NCBI RefSeq assembly: GCF_001194135.2
Contig: NC_068984.1
Location: 59,926,807 to 59,979,548, forward strand
Length of the DNA: 52,742 nucleotides
Source: Octopus bimaculoides
Taxonomy: Eukaryota
Direction: 5' to 3'
Part shown: in pieces, positions 1-11,204 of the stretch
Numbering within the stretch: the first letter of the stretch is position 1
Layout of the letters: each line of letters begins with the position of its first letter
Program-made: the position numbers and the translations under genes
Notes under the pieces: generated by a model
What the model was told of the DNA's origin: nothing
Seen by the model: only the letters and a program-made list of their open reading frames with translations
Databases searched by the model: none

Positions 1-330
1 GTTTTAACACCGGCGTTTCGACGAGCTTCGGGCAGGACGCAACGTTAAAACGGCTCGTCCCATGGATCGCAGATTAAATCTGTATACGCAAATTAAATCT
101 AGCCATGGAGGAATGTAGTGGCGGACAAAAAACAAGACAGGAAAACAAACAGAAAAGGCTTTACGGCCAGACGAGAAAAATTATGTGTGTGTGTGAACGC
201 GATGAGGCACGGAACCGAGAGAGACAAAGTGGTGGCGTGTGTTACTTGGCGAAAGCCAAGGAAGGAAAGGATTATTGACCGGAAGCATGTGACCATGCCG
301 GTGTAAAGGGAAGAGAGAGAGTGGTAGAGG
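1..330. promoter_or_regulatory. CpG-rich, promoter/5'UTR-like island (truncated by window edge)
   Basis: CpG density far above the rest of the window; ETS-type CCGGAAG at 279-285; not similar to the repeat families seen elsewhere in the window. Confidence 0.45.
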
Positions 331-1682
331 GATATATATATATATATATGATTTGAAAACCAAAATATTCTAAAATTGGATGATAGCTTGTAAGCCTAAA
401 CTTTGAAGTTACTCCCAACATTTTCTTGTAAAAATTGATGTATATGATACTCTACTGAAAACTACTAAGCAATCTTTCAGTTTACAAGTATTAATATCTA
501 CGTGTGTGTGTGTGTGTGTGTAACATTGTAGTTTTAGTTTACAGATTTAATGTCTTAGCAAAGAAACTCCACTTTCGCTAATTCATAGATGGCTTCTCTG
601 AAACAGAAGATTTCAGATCTGTAAAATACAAATAAATATTTTACTCTACAGTTATATCTAACTGATATAGAATCCTCTTTGATCAAGGATTTTCTGATAT
701 ATATATGTGTGTGTGTGTGTGTGTATACACACACTTTTATATATCTTTACACATGCACTATACATAAACACTCATATAAAAGTGAGAAGAGGGAGAGGGA
801 GAAAGAGAGAGAGAGAAAGGGAGAGAGATAAGAAGAGAGAGAGAGGTAGAACCTGGTCAGGAAAGGTTTCTACTTGGTAGATTTATTCTAGATTAATTCG
901 TAAAACTATATGTAATTGAAGTGTTCTGTGAAGTTTTGATGGTTTGGAGGACCTACTCAATGCCAAATACCAAAAGCCAAATACCAAATGCCAAATACCA
1001 AATACACTGACTCAGTACCGAAATATTGGTGAGTTATCCATCCTAGACCCCCATCACTCTTTCATTGATCATCATATTTGTTTAATCAGTTTTTAATGCT
1101 GCTGTATTTCAATTCGAATAGACATACTAACAACACCATTATTTGTTAGAGGCAAAAGAAGGAAAAAGAAGAAGAAACATAGGTGAAGACGAAGAATGAA
1201 AGAAAATCACAATAAATATAATGTAAAAAAAAAAGAAACAAAAAAAAAACAGGTAGGCGATAAGGAATACTGGAACAAAATTTGTAAATTCTTATTCGAT
1301 AAATTGATTAAGTCTGTCTGTGTCTGATTTTACTTGTTGGTTTTTAAAGCTGCTTTGTGTGTCTCCATTGAGAGTGTTTGTCAGGTTACTTCAAATGGCT
1401 TTTTTTTTTTTACAGTTTGTCACAATTTTACATTGGTTTCCTCTTTCGATTAGTATTTGCCATCTGAAGAATGATCAGCTGTAGAAGAGATTGTTGTCAG
1501 CGCAAGAAAGAATTCTGGAATTTCTTACAAATTAGACTGCTTTTTCTTTTTTTTCTTTCTGTCCCTCTCTCTTTTTCCATTTCTTGCTTAGGTTGTCTTG
1601 TTGCATGTGTAGACTGTGTTATCATGTACACTGTACATTTTGTACTTTGTATGTTTTATATGTATGTGTGTGTGTGTGTGTA

Positions 1683-1726
<44 letters not shown>

Positions 1727-1728
<2 letters not shown>

Positions 1729-1842
1729 TACAGTGGTCACTAAAGTGACAGAAGGTGCTAGTAAGCACCAGCATTGCTAGAAATAAGAGTCAAAACAACT
1801 CTTAGCCACGTGAGAGCACTTTTCTAATGGCTATACTAATGG

Positions 1843-1887
<45 letters not shown>

Positions 1888-2001
1888 TACAGTGGTCACT
1901 AAAGTGACAGAAGGTGCTAGTAAGCACCAGCATTGCTAGAAATAAGAGTCAAAACAACTCTTAGCCACGTGAGAGCACTTTTCTAATGGCTATACTAATG
2001 G

Positions 2002-2002
<1 letters not shown>
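1727..2002. repeat. Two identical 117-bp units (1727-1843, 1886-2002) embedded in (TA)n
   Basis: Direct read: identical AGTACAGTGGTCAC...CTAATGGC units separated and flanked by (TA)n. Confidence 0.9.
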
Positions 2003-2041
<39 letters not shown>

Positions 2042-2045
<4 letters not shown>

Positions 2046-2198
2046 TCTGCAAAGTGGTTGGTGTTAGGAAGGGCATCCAGCTGTAAAATCCCTACCAAAA
2101 CAGACACAGTAGTCTAGGGTAGTTTTTCTACATGGCTAGCTCCTGTCATCCGTCCTACCCATACTTGCATGGAAGATGGATGTTAAACAATGATGATA
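2042..2198 (+). mobile_element. RTE LINE 3'-UTR fragment with (GAT)n tail
   Basis: GTGGTTGGTGTTAGGAAGGGCATCCAGCTGTA...GTTAAACAATGATGAT matches the family 3' end. Confidence 0.85.
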
Positions 2199-2202
2199 TA
2201 TA

Positions 2203-2606
2203 TAAGAACAAGTTAAAGATAATGGTCATTACATATAATTCCTTTATTGAAGCAAATGTGGCTTACAGCTGTTTCCAATAGTCATTATAGGTACATTATT
2301 GATAGGTTTACTAAATTGGTCTTTTAATCAATTGAGGTAAATTGAACGACCTAAGAAAATTAATGCAACTTTCATCAAAGCTACTTTTGGAAATAACAAG
2401 CAAAGCAATTGAGGAATGGCTAGACATGGCTTTGACAAAAGTAGCATTAATTTTCTAAGGTTGTTCAATTTACCTCACTTGATCAATAAACCATTTGAGT
2501 AAACCTATCAATAATGTAACTATAATGATTTCAGGAAACAGCTGTAAGCCAAATTTGCTTTAATAATGGAATTATATGTAAAGACCATTATTTTTAACTT
2601 GTTTCT
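2203..2606. mobile_element. Foldback (MITE-like) element, ~180-bp imperfect inverted arms, ~47-bp spacer
   Basis: 2203-2381 is the reverse complement of 2429-2606 (e.g. AAGAACAAGTTAAAGATAATGGTC / GACCATTATTTTTAACTTGTTTC; CTTACAGCTGTTTCC / GGAAACAGCTGTAAG). Confidence 0.9.
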
Positions 2607-2610
2607 GATA

Positions 2611-2790
2611 CATCATTCTGTAAAAACCAGTTTATCTGAAGCCCATCCACAGATTTACAATAGAATTGTGATGAACCATAATTTGGGACCTTACCAGAAA
2701 ATTACTTGGAGTTCTTCACTAATCTAAGTAATATTGTTAACCTCGTGTGGCAACAGTGCTTATGAAGTATTTTGTCTGGATTTATAATCC

Positions 2791-2795
<5 letters not shown>
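2611..2795 (+). repeat. Interspersed repeat module H, joined to the foldback
   Basis: Reverse complement of 27528-27720 (GTAAAAACCAGTTT..GCCCATCCACAGATT..CTTCACTAATCTAAGTAATATTGT). Confidence 0.85.
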
Positions 2796-2842
<47 letters not shown>

Positions 2843-4401
2843 NNNNNNNNNNNNNNNNNNNNNNNNNNNNNNNNNNNNNNNNNNNNNNNNNNNNNNNNNN
2901 NNNNNNNNNNNNNNNNNNNNNNNNNNNNNNNNNNNNNNNNNNNNNNNNNNNNNNNNNNNNNNNNNNNNNNNNNNNNNNNNNNNNNNNNNNNNNNNNNNNN
3001 NNNNNNNNNNNNNNNNNNNNNNNNNNNNNNNNNNNNNNNNNNNNNNNNNNNNNNNNNNNNNNNNNNNNNNNNNNNNNNNNNNNNNNNNNNNNNNNNNNNN
3101 NNNNNNNNNNNNNNNNNNNNNNNNNNNNNNNNNNNNNNNNNNNNNNNNNNNNNNNNNNNNNNNNNNNNNNNNNNNNNNNNNNNNNNNNNNNNNNNNNNNN
3201 NNNNNNNNNNNNNNNNNNNNNNNNNNNNNNNNNNNNNNNNNNNNNNNNNNNNNNNNNNNNNNNNNNNNNNNNNNNNNNNNNNNNNNNNNNNNNNNNNNNN
3301 NNNNNNNNNNNNNNNNNNNNNNNNNNNNNNNNNNNNNNNNNNNNNNNNNNNNNNNNNNNNNNNNNNNNNNNNNNNNNNNNNNNATATATATATATATATA
3401 TATATAGAATAATAATAAATGGAGCAAAACGCATATAATCAATAAGTTCCTTTAATTTCTACATATGTTTCAAAAATTATATGCACTCTACTCCAAAGGA
3501 ATAAGAGATGCTGGTTTATACATATAATTTTATCATCAGGGAACCTTATTACAAATGCAAGACTTGTGCTGAATGCTAAGGTTACGTATGAGGAAAAACA
3601 CTATATAGCTGAGTTAAATGACCGTTAGAAACAAGAACGCTAGTTTACAAGGAGCTGTTTAGGGAGAGAGGCTATGAACGCTATACTAAGAGTTTAAATT
3701 AAAAGAAGACATAATGAGCTGCAGAAAATTCTTAAAGTTTATAATAATGGTAATACAAATTTTTTGTAATTGGAAGGCGAAAGGGAGATAATCCAATGAA
3801 TTTGTGTAAAGAATAAATTTTTTATACGATTAATTACGTAAATAAACGTTTATAAGGAAGGAAAAGAAAAAATGGATTGTAAATATAAGTAACCATTAAT
3901 GTTGTATCATATCAAGTTATGGTAATTAACCTAAATAAATGGCAATACAAGGTACAAAACTATAAAGTAATGAAATAATAAGAATACACAACGTAGGTAA
4001 ATGTATGTGCAAAATACCTATTCGGTGTAATATTTTAAATCATGATAAACTAACATATTATATCCCGCCAGAGAAAAAACGTGCTTCTTATATATTACTA
4101 TATTGCATAGAGGAAGTGTTAATAGATATGAGCAGTAACTCATAGTTGAGGACTGAAGAGTTATTTCCTTGACAATAAGGAAGACCAACATAGAGTTTGT
4201 GTCAAAAACCAGACGGGAGGCAGTAGGACAGAAAGTTATACATTTGGAGAGGGGGGGAGTTGAAACAGAGATAGAGGAAGAGAAAGAGAGAGAAGGAGAG
4301 GGGAGTTGAAACAGAGATAGAGGGAGAGAAAGGTGACTTGCAAAACAAAGAGGGAAGGGGAAAAGACAAGAAGAAAAGATAAAGGAGGAGGAAACATGGA
4401 G

Positions 4402-4643
4402 TCAATCCTTTTGTTATTGTATTTCTTGTATTTCTGTTGAAATGCACTGTCTTTGTTGCAATTAATTTTGAAAACTATGAAGAATTTAGTAAAATGACTT
4501 TGACATTATTAAATAAATGTTTTGAATGTAAATTTACACGAAACTTCTATGGAAGGATTTTAATAATTTAGATTACTTTAAAGCAGGAGGTTTGTATCAT
4601 AGGACTAGGGCAGTTTTGGGTAGGTTGATTTTAAAAGGGTTAA
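4402..4643. mobile_element. TTAA-flanked piggyBac-like MITE, family 2
   Basis: Degenerate left end TCAATCCTTTTGTT, right end AAAAGGGTTAA; body shared with 18725-18961 and 22428-22690. Confidence 0.7.
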
Positions 4644-6050
4644 AAAAACGAAAGAATAAAGAATTAAATGAATGGATGATTTAAAAAATGAATGAAGCAG
4701 AGTACTGAGGACTGACTGCTAGAGTACTCAATTGTAGATCTACAATCAAAAGTATTTCATTCATTACCATTCCGTCTTTTATTCTGAGTATAATGTTTAC
4801 ATTATCAAATCAAATATATCCTTTCTTTTTGAAAGACAGTGAGGGGGTGTAGATTATATGGAGATTTTGCTGCTATTTCTAGCAGCTCAAGTGGTTCAAT
4901 AGTGACTTCCCACTTTTATTTGATTTGTTGTATAATTTATACACATTGGGTATTAGGATGTCTCTTTGTGCTCCGTTTGAAAGTGTTGTATATATTGCCT
5001 AAGAAGCTCCTACAAGCTTAATGCAAGAAGATTTTCAGGAAACATGATTCAAGGTCACACTCTAATGCCGACAGAAAGATGTCTATATGTTCTAAAAATC
5101 TTGCAAGCAAGGCTGAGTGAGATTATTCTTCCATTAAGCTGAGCAAGCTTCTGATCTTTTCTCATTCTATTCCTTGTCAGAGAATAGACGCTTTTGTGCA
5201 TAGAAAGCCTTTATTTCACTATGGTTGATCCCATCTTATAAAATTCTCTTCTCAGTTTCCACTTAGTCTGTTTTCAGCTGCATCATATATTGTAAATGCA
5301 TTTCTCTAAAGATGCCGGAGTGACTCGTTAAATGTAGTGCCAGATTATGGCAGTTGAATGGCAGAGCTTTGTCACATCACAGAGACATGCATTTACACAA
5401 ACTCACAGGCACATATGTCTACACACTCATACACATATCTGCATGTTCACACATACACATACATTCACATGTATATGTAGGTGTGTGTGTATATACATAT
5501 ACATAGATACATATATATACATATATGCACACACACACATCTATATCTACTTTATATATATCAATGCATGTTTGTGTTTATACATATATGTATACATTTA
5601 TGTATTTATCTATATATTTATTTACACTTCTCTCTCTTTCTCTCTCTTTTATATATATGTGTATGTATGTGTGTATGGTATATATATATTTTTTTTGTGT
5701 GTGTGTGTGTGTGCATGTAACTATATGCACACACAGACGTATAGGATAGCTATCTGCACAGATACATGTAATATACAAGTGAAAAATTCAAGTGAGAAAT
5801 CTACACACAAGTGAAAAGTACATATGCATGTATGTATTTATGTATGTATGAATATATATAAGTGTATGTTTTACAAAATATATGTATTTTTTTCTGTGTA
5901 CTTAAACATGGTGCATCTAGTGCAGCAGTGCTTGCGTCTCTCTTGTTTACAGCTTACTGCTATAGCTAGCCTATATGGTTGGTGAAGTGGGAAGTAGTCT
6001 TTCTTGCTATTACATAGTGTGTCCTTCACTATGACAAGACTGTGTAATTG

Positions 6051-6400
6051 TTATAATAACCATTCTGCTTCATGTAGTTTGCATCTGTTATTAATAGATG
6101 AATTCAGTTCATGAATGAGGATAGTTTTGTTAATCCTCAAATCACCAATGTTCCATTCTGTTGCCTTGATGGTCAGTGATTTTCTGCATGTGATATTCCT
6201 CCATATGTCTCTTAACTGATGTAAGTGTGTGAATATGTTCCTTAATATTTGATATACAGTTTGCAGACAATGCTTCCAATGTAGTAACTGCCACACTCTT
6301 TGCAGACTGTTTGGTTCACTGCATAGGCTCTTGAGCACATATTCACATTGTAGATATGGCAGTTGGCACGTGTGCACATATCATTACATGCAGATGTGCA
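6051..6400 (-). mobile_element. Decayed Penelope-like element, GIY-YIG endonuclease remnant
   Basis: Minus-strand frames give C...CSRAYAVNQTVCKECGSYYIGS, then frameshift to NIKEH, then LRINKTILIHELNSSINNR: the VY-C-x2-C-YIG / R-x2-EH / E-x2-I-x5-P-x-N layout of PLE endonucleases, with stops and frameshifts. Confidence 0.75.
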
Positions 6401-7084
6401 TTAGTAATTTATAGTAAGAACACCCTTTCTTCAAATACTTGGAGGTTTCTCAAGTAGTAGTTGATAGCTTCTCTTGCCTATGTGATCTAGTTAACAGTAT
6501 TGGAAAGTGTCCGAAAAGATACTCACCAGAATAAGAAAATAGTTCAACATTGCTATTACCTAAGCTTGCAACAAGGTGATTCACTTTCTAAGAGAAGAGT
6601 AGATGTTTGTGCATTAAGTGTGATGTTTCATTGTAGTGAAATGGAGGTTTTACCTTTTGTTCACTTAGCTATTTTGTTGAAAATTTATAATACATATACA
6701 TATGCATTATGCACGGTGGTGCATCAGCATGGCCGCAGCTCTAAGCTGAAACTTAAAAAAAAAAAAAAAAAAAAAATATGCAGTCAAATATTCACAAACA
6801 CACATTCACACATAGAGATGAATAGACGTAAACACTTTTGTAGACTGTGAATTTTCTGACATGCAATCAAAGATGTATGCTCATACATACTTGCATCCAT
6901 ACACTGCCACATGTATAAACACATGATATATACATTAAAACCCATGCACATGTATGCAAATACAAACACACATGTACACTCACTCATTTGTGCATGCATA
7001 AATATGCATGCATACATGTTGTTACATGCATATATGAATATACCTGCTTTTATATCTGTATGTGTGTGTATATATTTTGTCAGT

Positions 7085-7345
7085 GTATTTTCTTTTACTC
7101 TTTTACTTGTTTCAGTCATTTGACTGTGGCCATGCTGGAGTACTGCCTTGAAGAGTTTTAGTCAAACAAATTTATCCCAGGACTTATTTTTTTAAAGGCC
7201 AGTACTTATTCTACCAGTTCATTTGCTGAACTGCTAAGTTACGGGGACATAAACACACCAACACTGGTTCTCAAGCAGTGATGGGGGGACGAATACTGCC
7301 ACAAAGTCATACATACATAGATACACACACACACACACACACACA
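7085..7345 (-). mobile_element. tRNA-derived SINE family B, 3' part
   Basis: GACTGTGGCCATGCTGGAGTACTGCC...GTACTTATTCTA...GCTAAGTTACGGGGACATAAACACACC is shared with many copies. Confidence 0.85.
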
Positions 7346-7355
7346 TATGTATATA

Positions 7356-7550
7356 TATGTATATAAAATTAACAGAATGAGATAAAAATCCAAGGCTGTG
7401 AAAGTTTTCAGAACATTTATAAAGAGGTCTTACAGCTGTTTCTGGGATATTTTATATATCCCAGAAACAGCTGTAAGACCTCTTTATAAATGTTCTGAAA
7501 TCTTTCACAGCCTTGGATTTTTATTTCATTCTGTTAATTTTATATACATA
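7356..7550. repeat. Near-perfect ~195-bp palindrome (foldback element)
   Basis: Arms of ~95 bp centred near 7453, two mismatches seen. Confidence 0.95.
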
Positions 7551-7724
7551 TGCATGCTAATATATGACCTACGTTGAACTCCTCGTTCACATAATCACAG
7601 AACCTGGAGCTTAGCTATAGTCTGTCCATAGCACTTACTTAGCATTACCTGACACCTTTGAGTCCTTTTAACACCATTACCTCTCATAACCTCAATATAT
7701 ATATATAAATATATATGAGGGGCT

Positions 7725-7860
7725 TCTTTTAGTTTCCACTCACAAGGCTTTGGTTGGCCTGAGGCTAAGTAGAAGACACTTGCCCAAGGTGCCATGCAGT
7801 GGGACTGATATCCGGACCATGTGGTTGGGATACAAGCTTCTTACCACACGGCCATGCCTG
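7725..7860 (-). mobile_element. SINE family B, 5' tRNA-like head and CORE-like block
   Basis: Reverse complement reads CAGGCATGGCCGTGTGGTAAGAAGC...GGATATCAGTCCCACTGCATGGCACCTTGGGCAAGTGTCTTCTAC. Confidence 0.85.
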
Positions 7861-7871
7861 TGTCTATGTAT

Positions 7872-8258
7872 GTTGTTGTTAGCACTCCGTCGCTTACGAC
7901 ATTGAGGGTTCCGGTTGATCCAATCAACGGAACAGCCTGCTCGTGAAATTAACATGCAAGTGGCTGAGCACTCCACAGACACGTGTACCCTTAACATAGT
8001 TCTCGGGGATATTCAGCGTGACACAGTGTGACAAGGCTGACCCTTTGAAATACAGGTACAACAGAAACAGGAAGTAAGAGTGAGAGAAAGTTGCGGTGGA
8101 AGAGTACAGCAGGGTTCGCCACCATCCCCTGCTGGAGCCTCGTGGAGCTTTAGGTGTTTTTGCTCAATAAACACTCACAACGCCTGGTCTGGGAATCAAA
8201 ACCGCGATTCTATGACCGTGAGTCCGCTGCCCTAACTACTGGGCCATTGCGCCTCCAC
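7872..8258 (-). mobile_element. Full-length tRNA-derived SINE family A with ~15-bp TSD
   Basis: Head GTGGAGGCGCAATGGCCCAGTAGTTAGG with A/B-box-like motifs; (CAA)n tail; CCTGTGTCTATGTAT at 7857-7871 and 8258-8272. Confidence 0.9.
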
Positions 8259-8957
8259 CTGTGTCTATGTATATGTATGTGATAAATGAATGGCAACAGG
8301 CAAACAATGCAAGCCCATACCTTATCCATCCATCCACACAAACAAATGTACCCAGAGAAAGGCTTACAAATATTGTAGGGCCTCACACATGACCCTGTAA
8401 CATTTGTATTTAGCATGCAGGATGCTCCCTTGGGGTATTTTCCTGCAGTTATATCTTTTATGCATACAAAGATATTCAGGCACAGATATGCATTCATTCT
8501 CATACACAGAGAAGATATACCTGAGAAGAGATTTGCATCGAGTTAGATGCAGGCATGCAGATGTACACATATGCACATGCATGCATACATACATACATAC
8601 ATACATACACATGCATATGAAAAAATGCACAGACATTTAAACATGTGCATAATTACAGATGTACATATATGTATATTCCATGTACACATACATGCATACA
8701 TACAAACATCGTTAAACAAAGCAGCCACATGCAACTACATACATATGTCCTCACAAATAGGGGCACACACTCACATACATAAAAAGACAGAGGCACACAT
8801 TTACATGCACACACACACACACACACATTCACATATTTACACTCTGAGAGGGACTCATTCACACATGCACACATACATATGTATATATATACATACATAC
8901 ACACAGACATGCAGATACGTATACAACATTTAAATAAGGACACATTCACACTTGAAA

Positions 8958-9006
<49 letters not shown>

Positions 9007-9269
9007 ACACACACACACACACATTCTGATAAAGCAGGACATATATTACAAATACATACACATGCATTTGCATATACAGACAGATATACACACACAAATG
9101 TACGCATATATATATACATAGAAATAATGACACAATCATATATGCATGCATATAATGACATATATACATATTGACATACTTGCACACACACATACATCTC
9201 AAGTAAAGATATATTCACACATGTACATATAAACATATGTACAAACATATGCTAAGACACACAATGTAT

Positions 9270-9343
<74 letters not shown>

Positions 9344-9849
9344 ACACACACATACACACACACACACATACTCACTCTCACACACACACACACACACACG
9401 CGCACACACACACACGCATACACACACTCAAACACTGTCAAGTAATCAGTGTGTCAGGCCATGAAAGAAACAAAAGCAAACAATGTTAAAATAAAACAAA
9501 CATTAACTAATTACTGAGATCATTATTAATTAAACTATGTAAATTTTATGCTGTGTGATAATTATAACAAGAGGTGTGTGTGTGAGGGGAATGGGGGCTG
9601 GGTGTCGGTTGTGATGGAGAGGAACCATTATTAGGAAGTGTGTGGGTGTATGTGTGTGTGTGCAAGTGTGTACAGGTGTTTGTGTGTGTGTATGTGTATG
9701 CGTGTGTAGTTAATTACAGAAGTTCTCTATTCAAGTGTACAATGAAGAAAAGGGAAATAATTGACAACAACAACAACAACAACAACAGCAATACCAATAA
9801 CCTCAACAACAACAACAACAACAACAACGACAAGCAACAACTAATGAGA

Positions 9850-10045
9850 CAATAAAGGAATCTCTTAACATGGTTTGCTTGTTCTACTAGAAATAACTGT
9901 GAAATTTCCTTCAAATCTAAACTATCTTAGTATAAGGACAAATTGCATTAGATAATGTAGTCCTAAAAACAGATGGGATGGCCATGACCAGAATGCTTTT
10001 GATTGTAGGTTTGCTCAGTTGAAGTTTATCAGGGACTAAGCATCA
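9850..10045 (-). repeat. Interspersed repeat family F (unclassified)
   Basis: Shares ATGGCCATCCCATCT...ATTTCTAG blocks with 4790-4900, 12720-12830 and 33125-33300. Confidence 0.65.
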
Positions 10046-10244
10046 ATAACAGCAATACCACCACCATCAAATTCGGTAATGCAGTACTAGATACACAATA
10101 TCTTTAAAAAAAAAAAGGATGGGATGCTGGATTAGGGCTGACTCAGGGTTAAACAACAAAACAACGACAACAATGATACCAATAGGAATAGTGCTAATAA
10201 CTACAACAATAGTACCGATTGCAGTGAATTGGCAGAATTGTTTG

Positions 10245-10975
10245 AGTGTTAGACAAATTGAAATATCTTTTGATATTTGTCTTGGCTCTTTGCATCCTGA
10301 GTTCAAATCTTATTGAAGTTAGCCTTATCTTTTATCTATCCAGGACAATAATATACATTAACTGAATTGTTAAAGCACTGGGAAAAATGCCTTTTGATAT
10401 TGAACTGACTCTTTACATTCTAGGTTGAAATCTTCCAGGGTTAATTAAGAATATACAGGTCCATCCAGGGTAATGGATTATCTAAGTTGTTAGAGTGTTG
10501 GACAAAATGCTTTGCAAAATTCGTTTCAACTTAAAGAGGCCAGCTGGCAGAGTTGTTAGCACACTGGGCAAAATGCTTAGTGGAATTTTGTCTGTCTTTA
10601 TGTTCTGAGTTCAACTTCAACTGAGGTTGACTTTGCCTTTCCTTCTTTTGGGTGTCAATAAAATAAGTACCATTTGAATGCTGGGATAACCAACTTACCT
10701 ATTTCCTGAAACTTGAAGGCCTTGGGCCAAAAATTGAGACCAATATGTGTTTCAGTTAATGCAGCGAACTGAAAGAATCTTTAGCACACTGGGCAAAATG
10801 CTTAGTGGTATTTCATTCTTCTTTATTTTCAGAGTTCAAATTCTACTGAGGTCAACTTTGTCTTTTATCCTTTTGGGGTTTATAAAATAAGTACCAGTTG
10901 AACACAAGGATTGGTGTAATCGACTTACCCTATCTCCCAGAATTGTGCCAAAAATTTGGAACCAGCCTTTGTTTC
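10245..10975 (+). mobile_element. Head-to-tail cluster of tRNA-derived SINE family C (about five partial or full copies)
   Basis: Repeated GGCAGAATnGTTAG..AAATGCTT..CTGAGTTCAAAT..GACTTTG blocks. Confidence 0.85.
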
Positions 10976-11204
10976 AGCTCTTTATGTTCTGAATTCCACT
11001 GCAACAACCTTTGTATCAAGTTGTATCAGTTCTTCCTTCTTCCTTGAACAACATTAGTGGTGTGGAGAAGGATGACTTGTTGTTTCATTGTCTACTGCTA
11101 GGATTCCATAAAAAAAAAAGAGCCTCTACCAAAAAAAAAAAAAAAAGAAAAAAACTTGAGGAAGTCTGTACCCTTTCACGTGTCGGTTCAAGATTAACCA
11201 AGTG

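Noticed and set aside
1-60. HDV-like ribozyme on the minus strand (7-bp P1, 8-bp P2, TCCTGCC loop)
   Set aside because: P3 pairs only 2 bp, no GG for P1.1, and no J4/2 strand with the catalytic C followed by AA
245-260. Histone 3' stem-loop
   Set aside because: Stem and loop sequence do not match GGYYYTTYHRRRCC and no histone ORF is adjacent
961-1005. Three ~14-bp GCCAAATACCAAA repeats
   Set aside because: Ordinary short slippage repeat with no other support
4985-5340. Possible Penelope RT thumb remnant on the minus strand
   Set aside because: Only vague resemblance with several stops; no diagnostic motif
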